64,000 nt of DNA from Mobula hypostoma (Eukaryota): assembly GCF_963921235.1 (NCBI RefSeq), contig NC_086108.1, forward strand, positions 89,158,001 through 89,222,000, given 5' to 3'. The position numbers and the translations under genes are program-made. Positions within the stretch are counted from its first letter, which is position 1, and every line of letters begins with the position of its first letter. Of the stretch, positions 37,355 through 48,696 are shown piece by piece. A model generated the notes under the pieces. That model was not told the DNA's origin, ran no database searches, and saw only the letters and a program-made list of their open reading frames with translations.

Positions 37355-37737
37355 AAACTAAGTTAGACTCACATTTTGGACTTACTGTCTTTTCTTTGAA
37401 ATTTCTTTAATATTTCGGAGTTACAAAACTTAACACGTTCAATTAGTTGGTATTGGTTTGTATCAAGATATGAATAATTCTTGGCAGAGTACATTACTTT
37501 TGATTTCCAGTTTGCATGTTTGAAGCTTTATTTGTTTCATGTTCATGAATCACATTAACATTCAGCTGCATTTCCACCTACTACAATCCGCAATTTTTTT
37601 TTATCACTTCAGTCCCCTGCTGATTTTAGTTTTTGCAGCCCTAACAGAATAGGGTTAGATGACACACCTTGCATGTAGACTGATGCTATATTTGATTCTG
37701 ATATTTCTGTTATACAACAGAAGCTAAGGAGATTCAT

Positions 37738-37987
37738 AAACGCAAACATGAGGAATCTGCAGATGCTGGAAATCCAAGCAACATACACAAAATTCTGGTG
37801 GAACGCTGCAGGCCAGGCAGCAACTATAGGAAGAAGTACAGTCGACATTTCCGGCCAAGACCCTTCGTCAGGACTAACTGAAAGAAGAGATAGTCCTGAC
37901 AAAGGGTCTTGGCCCAAAATGTTGACTGTACTTCTTCCTATAGATGCTCCCTGGCCTGCTGTGTTCCACCAGCATTTTGTGGGTGTT
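37738..37987. mobile_element. Fold-back PLE mini-element with two divergent hammerheads
   Basis: Roughly 100-bp inverted arms around loop 37877-37890; 15-bp TSD GCTAAGGAGATTCAT at 37723-37737 and 37988-38002. Confidence 0.9.
37840..37875 (-). ncRNA. Minimal hammerhead ribozyme, core boxes intact
   Basis: Reverse complement AGTC-CTGACGA-agggtcttggccg-GAAA-TG-TC^GACT. Confidence 0.6.
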
Positions 37988-38114
37988 GCTAAGGAGATTC
38001 ATGTCTCCTTACAGGTTCTCTTTCATTGTGTGTCTTTTTTCACTATCATCCTTAACGTAAATACATTTTAGAAGAAAGTTGAAGGCACACAATATACTTT
38101 CACATGTTTTACTG

Positions 38115-38462
38115 TATCAGGTTCAGGAACAACCTCAGCCTCATCCTCAGCCTTGAACCTCAGGCTCCTGGGCCAGGATGGATAACTTCATTCATCTCAA
38201 CACTGAACTCATTCCACAACCTATGGACCAACTTTCAAGGACTCTACAATTCAGGTTCTCACTATCATTTATTTACTTTTTTTTAGTATTTTCAGTTCGT
38301 CATTTTTTTGCATACTGGTTTTTTGCAGTCTTCATTTGTGTGTAATTTTTCATTGATTCTACTGGATTTCTTTAAGCCACTATGAATGCCTGCAAGGAAA
38401 TGAAGCTCAGGGTAAGGTATAGTGATGTATATATACCTTGATAGTATATTTACTTTGAACTT
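38115..38462 (+). mobile_element. Rex1-like LINE 3' end
   Basis: aggttcaggaac...; 3'UTR shared with 51180-51500 and 52660-53150; tail tttactttgaacttt. Confidence 0.65.
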
Positions 38463-38784
38463 TGGTACAGCTCAATGAAGGATCAATGCAATTGGGATGA
38501 AATGAAGTTGCACTAACGGGATCTCTCAAATGCTGAGTGCAAGAGTGAATAGGACAGTATACTTAGCTCATGTGTGGGAGGTGGTGGAAATTCGAGCTTT
38601 CATTCATTTACCTAAGCCTGTTCCTGTCTCAATTTAGCGTAAGATTCTTGTTGAATGGATAGTTGTCTATGCGATTACATTGTGTCTCTTATTTAGTTAA
38701 TTAATATAGATCCTCTTCTCTGAATTTAGTGTTCAGGAAGCATCCATAAGTTATATAAATGAATAATGATGTTCCTCACAGGGC

Positions 38785-39150
38785 TTTAGATTTAGATTTA
38801 GATCCAACTTTATTGTCATTGTGCCGAGTACAGATACAAAGCCAATGAAATGTATTTAGCATCTGATCAGAAATGCAAAGAAAAGTGTTATTTACAAAAT
38901 AACTGCGAATAAAAAAAGTGCTACAGCACACAAATATAAAGGTACTGAGACTGTACAATATGGATGCAATACTGCTTAGCACTGTGATGAGAGGTTCAGC
39001 AGGGTCACAGCCTCAGGGAAGAAGCTCTTCCTGTGCCTACTGGTGCGGGAGCGGAGGCTCCTGTAGCGCCTACCGGATGGGAGGAGAGTTAAAAAGTCCA
39101 TGGTTAGGGTGAGGTGCATCCCTGATAATGCATTTCACCCTGCCCAGGCA
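38785..39150 (-). mobile_element. Rex1-like LINE 3' end
   Basis: Minus strand LLPSGRRYRSLRSRTSRHRKSFFPEAVTLLN; tail (aatcta)n. Confidence 0.85.
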
Positions 39151-40089
39151 AGTATTCCTCTGACACGTCTGTGTACTTTAATACCTCTTTACCTGCGAGC
39201 ATTACTGAGTGGATTTTCATTACTCTTCGCCTTCCACACTCCAACCCCCACCATTACTGTAAAGTTGATTTTCTGTCCCTCCAATCAGAAGGATGCAAAT
39301 GGCAGCCTGGGAATTATATTAATATAAAACTTAGAGGGAAGAATTGACCTGGCTTCCTCCTGAGAGAAAAACCAGAACACACAGTTTGCATCTAAAATAT
39401 AAATAAATCCCATGAGTGAATTAGAGTTCAAAACTTCAAGTGGTAAAGTTAATACAGAAAGTTAGTTTCATGGTTTAAGCTAAAAAGAATCTTACAGGTA
39501 AGGTGTTTGATTATCAAAAATCATTGCATTTATGTATTTGGCTGTCTGTTGCACTACATTTAACACTTTTAATGGCTATCGGCTTACCTTCCAGTGTGTG
39601 TCAAGCCAATTGATACTAAAGTCCAACATCATCAACATGCTGAAGATCAAAGGATCATGAATGATAGTCCATCTGGACGGCTCTATGGAAGTGAATTCAA
39701 AAAAATCATCATTTTCAGGAAGATTTAACTTTAATTCATCAATATTAAACTGCATTTTTTCTTTGAGATTTAATTTTCAGTTGTAGTTATCTAATGTTGT
39801 CAACTTGTCTTGAGTTTGAGCCAAGGTTAGCTGATATTTCTGTTTAATGATGGAAAAGATCAACCTTCCAGAGAGACTTTGCAAGACTTTATGATCATGC
39901 TTTCAGGCTTAATCTCTGTCTTTTCATCCAAGATAAAAAGTAACAAAGAACGCTGTTGATATTCATAGTTTTTGAGTTGATTCTACTTTGGGAAATAAAA
40001 TTCTACTTTTGTGCGAGCCTTTACAGAGCTTGGATTCCAGCTGAATGAGATCCAGATGCAGCACAGTAATCCAACTCAGAGTTATCTTC

Positions 40090-43000
40090 AAAATGGCAGT
40101 GCGTCCAGTCGTAGCAGCACTCCAGCTCCAACTAATGGTTCGTCCTTTACATATTTCTTATGATCACAAGAAGGATATTAAGGACACCAAGTTCTGCAAA
40201 TTCACCTCACCAGCGAGTTGTTAGATAGCAGATGAGCCCCACAGCATGGGCTTTCTGTGGACTGTGCCATTGCCAGCTACGGCCACCTAGGGGAGATGTC
40301 GTCTGAAATGGTGTGCAAGGAAGTAAAGCACGGAAAGCATGCTGGCAAGTTCTCTCATCGATTCTGCTTTCAAACGCATGATCACTAGAAAATGAACTAG
40401 ACTAGCTGCATCTGAGACCGAATCAGCCGAGAGAAGAAGGACAGTTGCGGGCTCATCCGGAAGGAATCACGGCTCCACGATTCCACTCCTGAGGCGGCCA
40501 TTCCAGCTAGAGGGTTTCATCTCTCTTCAGACTGACAGAATTCCCATGACCTTTGTTAAGATCCTCAGTATGTATCTATGCTATGTTATTAAGAACTTGT
40601 GTGTGAACACTTTGGTAGTGACAACTTATTGTTCGCCTCTGGTGGAGTTTTTAACGGTGAAGTGCAGGCCCTTCTATTTATCCAGGAAATTGCTGCTATT
40701 GTGATTGTGGCTGTATACATCCCTCCCTGTGCTAATGCTGGGGAAACTCTGTGTGAGCTCTACAGCACAACCAGTGACCTGCAAACCAAACGCCCCGTTG
40801 GCTTTCTTTATTATTGCTGGCGACTTCAACCATGCTAACTTAAAAATAGTCCTGCCTAAATTCAATCAGCATGTTGACTTGCTACTAGAGGTGAGAATAC
40901 ATTAGACCTGATTTACACCAACATCCCTGGTGCATACAAAGCTGCTGCCCGCCCTCACCTAGGTTTCTCTGACCACTTATCTGCTATGCTAATTCCTGCA
41001 TACCTACCAATTAAACATGTCAAACCAGTTCAAAGAGAGATAAAGACCTGGTCAGAAGGAGCAATCACTGCATTACAGGACTGTTTTGAAAACACGGACT
41101 GGAGCATGTTCAGGGAGGCAGCTACCTATGACCATCAGCTTAATATTGATGAATATGTGAGATCCGTGATAGGATACATGGAGAAGCACATCCATTAAAC
41201 ATATATGAGGGCAAATCAGGAGCCATGGTTGACAGCAGAGGTCTGGGCACAGATGAGAGAATGGGATTACCTTCAGATCGAATGATAAAACAGCTCTCAG
41301 GTCAGAAAGAGCTGCACTTTCCTGTGCTCCTGGTGCGGCCTCCTCTACATCCGTGAAACCCGACGCAGATTGGGGGACCGCTTCATCGAGCACCTCCGCT
41401 CCTTCCGCCAAAACAGACAGGATCTCCCAGTAGCCACCCACTTCAACTCTACTTCCCACTCCGATTCGGATATGTCCATACATGGCCTCCTCTACTGCCA
41501 TGATGAGGCTAAACTCAGGTTGGAGGAGCAACACCTCATATACCGCCTAGGTAGTCTGCAGCCCCTTGGTATGAACATAGAATTCTGCAACTTCCGGTAA
41601 TTCCCTCCTCCTCCCTACCCCTATCCCTATGTCACTCAGTCCCTTCCCCCAGCTGTCTATCACCTCCCTCATGGTTCCGCCTCCTTCTATTACCCATTGT
41701 GTTTTCCCCTATTCCTTCTTCACCTTTCCTGCCTATCACCTCCCTGCCTCCCCTCCCCCACCCCTTTATCTTTCCCCTTACTGGTTTTTCACCTGGAACC
41801 TACCAGCCTTCTCCTTCCCACTCTCCCCCCACCTTCTTTATAGGGCCTCTGCCCCTTCCCTCTACAGTCCTGACAAAGGGTTCCGGCCCGAAACGTCGAC
41901 CGATCTTTTCCACGGATGCTGCCCGACCTGCTGAGTTCCTCCAGCGTGCTGTGAGTGTTGCTCCTTCCTGTACCATCAGAAAGGCAAAATGGGATTATTC
42001 ACAGAGAATATAGAGACATTTGTGTGACACCAGAGACACGAAGCATATATAGCAGGGCATTCAGATCATAACAGACTACAAGCCAACCCTGCACATCAAT
42101 GACAGTGACGCTTCTCTTCCTGATAGGCTGAATGTCTTTTATGCTTGATTTGATGCCTAGAATGAAGGGCCGGAGAGGAAGGACCTCCTTCCCCTCAAGG
42201 AGCAGGGACTCCATCTGAGTGCAGCGGATGTGAGGAAGACCCTAGCCAGTGTCAGCCCATGTAAAGCTGTGGGGTCTGATAACATACCTAGCTGGGTGCT
42301 GAGGGACTGTGCAGCCTAGTTTACAGGAGTTCTAGCAGACATGCTCAACATCTCTCTGGAGCAGTCCATTGTCCCCTCAAGCTTCAAGACAGCCACCATC
42401 ATCCCAGTGCCCAAAAGGGTGACAGTAACCTGCTTCAGTGATTATACACTGACACAACAATGAATTGCTTTGAATGGCTGGTTATAGATTAGATTAAATC
42501 CCATCTTCCAGCTTCATTGGATCCTTTCTAATTCATTCATCACTCAAATCAATCCACTGATGATGCCATGGCTTCTGTACTCCACTCTGCCCTGCCCCAA
42601 TGGGAAAATGGTGCCTCATACGCCAGGATGATATTTACCACTTTCAGCTCAGTGTTTAATATGGTCCTCCCTCAGAAGCTGGTGAGTAAACTCTCCTCAC
42701 TGGGTCTCAATTCCTCTCTCTGTAACTGAACCCTGGATTTCGTCAGTCTGTGTTGGCAGAAGCATTTCTAGCTCCATCACGCTGCGCACTGGTACTCCCC
42801 AGGGCTGCGTACTCAGCCAGCTGCTGTTCACACGACTGACGCATAACTGCACTGCTACATCCAGTTCAAACTGAATCATCAAGTTCGCTGATGACTCAAC
42901 AATATCTGGCCTCACCAGCAATGACTAGGAGACAGTGAACAGGAAGGATGTAAAAGTGGCTGTTAGGATGGTGCGAGCACGATAAATTGAGTCACAACAT

Positions 43001-43760
43001 GGACAAGACCAAAGAGATGATTGTGGGCTTTAGGAAGGTACAGGCTAACAGCTCCTCATTGCACATACATGGCTCCTCTGTGAAGAGCAATAGCAACACC
43101 AAGTTTCTGGGAGAGCACATGACAGGCGATCTCACCTCAACACGACATCTTTGATTAAGAAATCAGCAGCATTGTGTCTCCATTTCCTGGGGAGAATAAG
43201 GCAAAGAGTCTTCCCCCACATCCTCCCACCCCAATTCTAACCAACTTTTGCAAGACCACCACCAAGAGTAAGTGAATTGCAAGGCATCTGATTGCAAGTT
43301 CCGACAATAGATTGTGAGGACTGCTGAGAAGATCATCGGGTCACTATTCCACCAATCAGAGATATTTATCCGGAGTACTATGAACGTTGAGCCTTTAGCA
43401 TTGTCAATGAACCCTCTCATCCGTTCAACAATCTCTTTGATCCCCTACCATCAGGCAGAAGCTACCGTAGCATTAGGGCTAAAACTGTTAAGATGAGAAA
43501 CAGCTTCTTCCCCCAGGGTATAAGACTACTGAACTCCCTTCCACCACCCAGGTCTCATCACTTATGAAGTACCAGTTGCATTATACTGGTTACTTTTTAA
43601 CGTGTGTTGTAAATGCACCTTATTATTTGTTAATTTATTTTGTGGTAATGTTTGTTTGAGTTATATGTACTGTGTTGTGTACTTTGATCCAGAAGGACGT
43701 TGCTTCATTTGGCGATATACATGTGTATGGTTGATTGACAATAAACTGAACTTGACTTGA
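40090..43760 (+). mobile_element. Near full-length degraded Rex1/Babar LINE (APE and RT)
   Basis: [51 protein letters not shown] and SFFPQGIRLLN; tail ataaactgaacttgacttga. Confidence 0.88.
41326..41964 (+). mobile_element. PLE 3' fragment nested in Rex1
   Basis: LGDRFIEHLRS...LEEQHLIYRLGSLQPLGMNIEF; hammerhead with CTGACAA at ~41866-41901; TSD TTCCTGT at 41319-41325 and 41965-41971. Confidence 0.9.
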
Positions 43761-43789
43761 CATAATGTTCGGCCGATTCAGCCATGAAG

Positions 43790-44008
43790 AGCCATCTAGC
43801 TGCCACACACACCTGCTGCTGCCAGGCCAGCCACTGGGGAGCTGTGTCTGTCCAGCTGAGATCTGCCTCTGCACATTGATTCCTGCAAGCCTTTGCCCTA
43901 GTTCATTGGTCGCTCCAAAATTACCCATCGCATCAATCTAGTCACTCACTATCTCCAGATGCCACAGCCCTGAGGATCACACCTACATATCCTGCCACAA
44001 GCCCATTG
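43790..44008 (+). mobile_element. Gypsy integrase C-terminal (GPY/F) remnant directly upstream of the 5' LTR
   Basis: Colinear with ~47985-48770 once the solo LTR is removed (agatctgcc..tgcaca..caagc..cattggtc..attacccat.gcatcaatc.agtca..ggatcacacct). Confidence 0.75.
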
Positions 44009-44437
44009 TGTCAGTTCTGTGCAGGCTGGCACGTCCCATTCTCAACCCAACTAACAGGAATCATCTGCCACTTTTTTCCAACTCATCACCTGCAACCTAT
44101 TTAAACCCAGCTCTCATCCACAACCCTTGTTCACTCATTGAAACAGCCAGCCTCAAGCATTTGCTCCTAGCCTTCAGTTACCTTGTTGCCTGTTGTGTTT
44201 AGTGTCTGTTCTCTCTTGTGGCCCTTCGCGGCTTGTTACTTTGCAGTTTATTAGCAAAGTATCGTTTACCACTAAATTGTCCCTGCTGCTCTGCTTTGGG
44301 GTTAAGCGTCTTCTACATTTCCTGACAGAATGTGTGAACCAGCAATTGACCCAACAGAGCTTGCTTGCCTAAAGGAACTCATCCATTGACATAAGCACAC
44401 AAACCAGAAGCAGCAGGAAACTATCGAACATTTACTT

Positions 44438-45059
44438 CAGGGTTCCCCAACCTTTTGTGCACCGCGGACCGGTTTAATATTGACAATGTTCTTGTGGACC
44501 GGCCGACCTGGGGTGGTGGTGGGGGGGGTTGTTCAACTAGGGATAAACTCACCTCAATATGTCTTTTACAGTTAAGTTTGGCTTCATCTTCCCGACTATA
44601 CTGTACATACATTATTTCTACTTTATATAGGCTGTGTATTTATCATATCATTCCTGCTTTTACTATATGTTAGTGTTATTTTCGGTTTTATGTGTTATTT
44701 GGTATGATTTTGTAGGTTTTTTTTGGGTCTGGGAATGCTCAAAAATTTTTGCCATATAAATTAATGGTAATTGCTTCTTCACTTTACGCCATTTTGGCAC
44801 GAAAGGTTTCATAGGAATGCTCTACCTTAGTGGGGGAAATACGGGACAAGGGCTGTCCCGTATGGGACAAACCAATTTAGCCCAATGTATGGGATGTCCC
44901 GGCTAATACGGGACAGTTGGCAACCCTATGTTCAAGTTCAACAGTACGTGACAGGGAATGAGGAAAGGTGCAGCTGGCTCATTATTGTTTCTTCGCAGCC
45001 CGGTAGCACATGCTTTGCAGCCCGGTACTGGTCGATGGCCCAGTGGTTAGGGACTGCTG
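44438..45059. mobile_element. Composite hAT MITE inserted in gag
   Basis: TIRs CAGGGTTCCCCAACC and GGTTAGGGACTGCTG; perfect 8-bp TSD ATTTACTT at 44430-44437 and 45060-45067. Confidence 0.92.
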
Positions 45060-45086
45060 ATTTACTTGCTCTTCTCAACCAGCTTT

Positions 45087-45552
45087 CTGTCCCAATACAG
45101 CAACCTTGTGCCAATACAGTAACCCTGTCCCAATACAGCAACCCTGTCCCAGTACAGCAACCCTGTCCCAATACAGCAACCCTGTCCCAGTACAGCAACC
45201 CTGTCCCAGTACAGCAACCCTGTGCCAATACAGCAACCCTGTCCCAGTACAGCAACCCTGTCCCAGTACAGCAACCCTGTCCCAATACAGCAACCCTGTC
45301 CCAGTACAGCAACCCTGTCCCAGTACAGCAACCCTGTCCCAATACAGCAACCCTGTCCCAGTACAGCAACCCTGTCCCAGTACAGCAACCCTGTCCCAAT
45401 ACAGCAACCCTGTGCCAGTACAGCAACCCTGTGCCAGTACAGCAACCCTGTCCCAATACAGCAATCCTGTCCCAGTACAGCAACCCTGTCCCAGTACAGC
45501 AACCCTGTGCCAATACAGCAACCCTGTCCCAATACAGCAACCCTGTGCCAGT
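45087..45552 (+). repeat. 19-bp minisatellite, ~24.5 copies
   Basis: Unit CTGT(C/G)CCA(A/G)TACAGCAACC in tandem with no spacers. Confidence 0.97.
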
Positions 45553-48136
45553 CAACCTCCTCCCTCAGAGCCCCAGATTCTGGTGCCTGAATGTTTCAAT
45601 GGATCCCCAACCCAATGCTGCAACATCCTGTCCCAGTGTGTCTTGCATTTCGAGCACCAGCCATCTCTGTCCTTTATGGAAAGAGGCAAGATGGCCTTTG
45701 TCATCCTCTCTTGACTGGGCATGCTCTGACCTCGGCCACCTCTAACTGGACGATAATACCTCCATTTGGAATAGATATGAGGATTTCACCAGTGAGATGC
45801 ACAAGTGTCTGGAAGGGGAAGTGAGGCAGCAGATCAAAGGCTTTGCCCGTGTCAAGTCTTATGCTCAGTGCTGGATTACACTGTGGAATTCAGGATCATC
45901 GCGGCAGGGTGAGGTAGGAATGTGGAAGAACTGCTGGCCACTTACCATTACAGCCTCTTGGAGCACATGAAATATGAGCTGTTTACTCAGGAGATGCTCA
46001 CCAACTTCAAAAGCCTCACTCTGGCCCTCCATACTGACAAGCATCTTATGGAATGACCCTCCAGATCATTTACCAGACCCACAGTTCCATTCTCTGAACC
46101 ATTTCAGACTGCAATAACACTCCTCAGCAATGCCTGCAGAAGTGGCAGCTAAGGAGAGCTCCCTTAACGCCCCAAGAGTGGAAGTGTTGAAGGAGAAATA
46201 ACTTGTGTTCCTACTGCGGAGCAGCTGACCACTGACGCATCAAATACCCACTGCTTCCAGGAAGTAGCATCAACATGAGGGGATTCTCTCTGTAAGCTCC
46301 CCCTGGCCTCTCATTCCAACACCATAGCCCAACCTCACTCTCACCACACCCTTGTGCACAGGAGGCTCTGGTAGATTCCAGCGCAGCAGGCAATCTTTCT
46401 GGACTGAACTCTGTGTAAGCAGCTTGGACTTCCTACCAAGCCTATCTCTAACCTCCTTCTGCATCATAGCTATTGAAAAGCACACCTAAAGGTTTGGGAT
46501 GGTCAGAGTGCTCACGGCCTGTCCATCCAGTTCCTCCTGATCGACTCACCCAAACTCCTCTCATCTTGGGTTACCTCTGGCTCTCTATTCATGACTCCTA
46601 TTTCACCTGGTCACCTGGCTCACTGCCTAGTTGGGGACCCAGCTGCCCGGCCACCTGCCTGTAACCTCAGGTGACTTCCCCCCTTAAATCTATGGAGATG
46701 GAGGAAACCCTCAACATCACCAAACTCCCACAGGAATACCCCAGCCATTGCAGGGTTCTTCTTTGTCAAAAAGAAAGATGGGATCTTCATCCCTGCATCA
46801 ACTACCATGGACTCAACAATACTATTATAAAGAACCGTTACCCTCTCAGTTACCATTGCCATTATCCAGAAGATGGATAGTGTATTTGAAACACTCCACA
46901 GGCCCAGATCTTCTCCAAACTGGATCTACGGGGTGTGTACAACCTGATCCGCATCTGCCAGGGCATGAGTGGAAGACAGTGTTTATAGCACCCACTGGCC
47001 AATACAAATACTTGGTGATACCATTCAGAGTTTCCAACAATCCAACCTTTTTCCAAGCCTTCATTCACAAAATGGTAGACATTCATTTACATCGATGACA
47101 TCCTTATCTTTTCCAAGGATCTTCAGGACCATGTCTGCTACATCCATTCAGTCCCTCAGCATCTCCTCAAATAATAACTGTACTGCAAGTTAGAAAAATG
47201 CCAGTTCCACATGCTGGTCATTGCTTCTTGGATTACATCTTTTCACTCCAAGGCATAGCCATGGCCATAGAGAAAGTGCACACCATCATTCAATGGCTTC
47301 GACCACATTCCCTCAAATAGCTATAGTGCTTCTTGGGTTTCAACTTCTATTGTTGTTTCATCTGAAATTACAGCCAAATTGCTGCTGGTCCCACCTCCCT
47401 CACTGAATCACCTACCTCATGACAGTTCTCCAAAGTGGCCCACATCACTGCCCTCCCCAGACGTCCATCAGTCACTAAGACAGCGGTCCTGGTTCTCCAA
47501 CGTGTGCCATAGTTCGACTCCATGGTTTTCCTCGGTACATTGTGTCAGACCAGGGCCCACAATTTGCCTCACACTTCTGGTGAGCCTTCTGTTCCCTCCT
47601 CCGCACCTCAGTGAGTTTCTTCTCTGGCTTTCATCGTGGACCAGCAGGCAGTCACAAAGAGCCAATCAGCAATTGGAGAAGTTCCAGCAATGCTTCCCCC
47701 TCTCTTACTCTTCCACATGGAAGAAATATCCGCTCTTGTGTGCATTTGGATGGATAGAGGGCTATGGTAACCCTAGGTAATTTCTAAGTAAGTGCATGTT
47801 CCGCACAGCATTGTGGGCCAAAGTGCCTGTTTATTGTGTTGTAGACTTTCTATGTCTTCATTGTTTTATGTTTTACTGTGATAGTTTAAGATCTGATCTG
47901 TATGTGTTCCCTTGTGATAAATGGATGTTTCTAAAGTGCTCTCTGTGTTTGCAAATGGATTGCCAAGATTGGAGAACAGTTACTGCTGACAGGCCAACCA
48001 CCAGTGGTGCCCAGCTGGACTACTCTGGCCTGGGCCCTGGGGACCATGTCTGTTCATCCAAGATCTGCCCCTGCACACTGACCCCCGCAAGCTCTTGCCC
48101 CAGTACATTGGTCCCCTCAAGATTACCCATTGCATC

Positions 48137-48696
48137 TGTACCTCTCGCTTCGGCTAGTGGCTTAATATAGGGGGTGATCGTCTCCGGTCTGGCCAAACTT
48201 AAGAAATCTCATTTGGGTGGACGCTGCGCGATGAGTCCCCTATTACAAATCAGTACCCTGAAATAACAAACGGTACTCAATATGCGATTAAATAATTGAG
48301 CTTTATCATTCTTAATTTGACTATATGATTAGTAAAGGAAACAAAAAAAAGAAAAGGGGTCCATTCTCATGAAATAGTCTAAAGCACAAACGTTGGAGCT
48401 CACTGTTAAGCCGTTCGTCCACCATCGACCTCCTCCGATTGTCGCTAACCTTCAGACCCTCACTCCAAGTCCTCTCCATCCGGTGGTCTACCAACTCTTT
48501 CCATTCCTGTCTTCTCTCCTCATCTCTCCCTGGCAAAAGGCTGTGAAAATCTCTCTTCCAGACACACAACAAAGAACAACATTTCTCTCAATGGATGGCC
48601 CCAGCATTCCAAACCCCATTATCTCTAATCATAACCCAAACATTGTTGCTACAGAGAAACCATTACATTAGCAGTGAAACCTCACAGCATGTTACA
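48137..48696. mobile_element. Solo LTR, 560 bp, inserted in the Gypsy integrase tail
   Basis: TGTA...TACA termini; 4-bp TSD CATC at 48133-48136 and 48697-48700. Confidence 0.9.

Larger units (their letters stand above)
32980..37435 (+). mobile_element. Degraded Gypsy (Mag-like) LTR retrotransposon with two LTRs
   Basis: LTRs 32980-33225 and 36986-37435 (TG...CA); PBS 33227-33238; gag GYIGKIDVFD...WILYTECIEQCFKAN; CYHCG knuckle; protease MELDTG at ~34286; RT/RNaseH remnants; PPT 36973-36985. No matching TSD is visible. Confidence 0.88.

Noticed and set aside
37892..37927. Active ribozyme calls for this copy and those at 41866, 51335, 57002 and 62030
   Set aside because: Each has substitutions in the invariant CUGANGA and/or GAAA boxes, so they are treated as remnants.
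45087..45552. CRISPR array or repeat-protein gene (ORFs 44885-45745, 44938-45555 and others)
   Set aside because: The units are contiguous with no unique spacers, there are no cas genes, and the DNA is vertebrate. The ORFs exist because the 19-mer consensus lacks stop codons.
45560..47120. Domesticated sushi-derived (Mart/RTL/PEG10-like) gene
   Set aside because: Multiple stops, frameshifts and deletions, with both LTRs retained; it is a decayed transposon.
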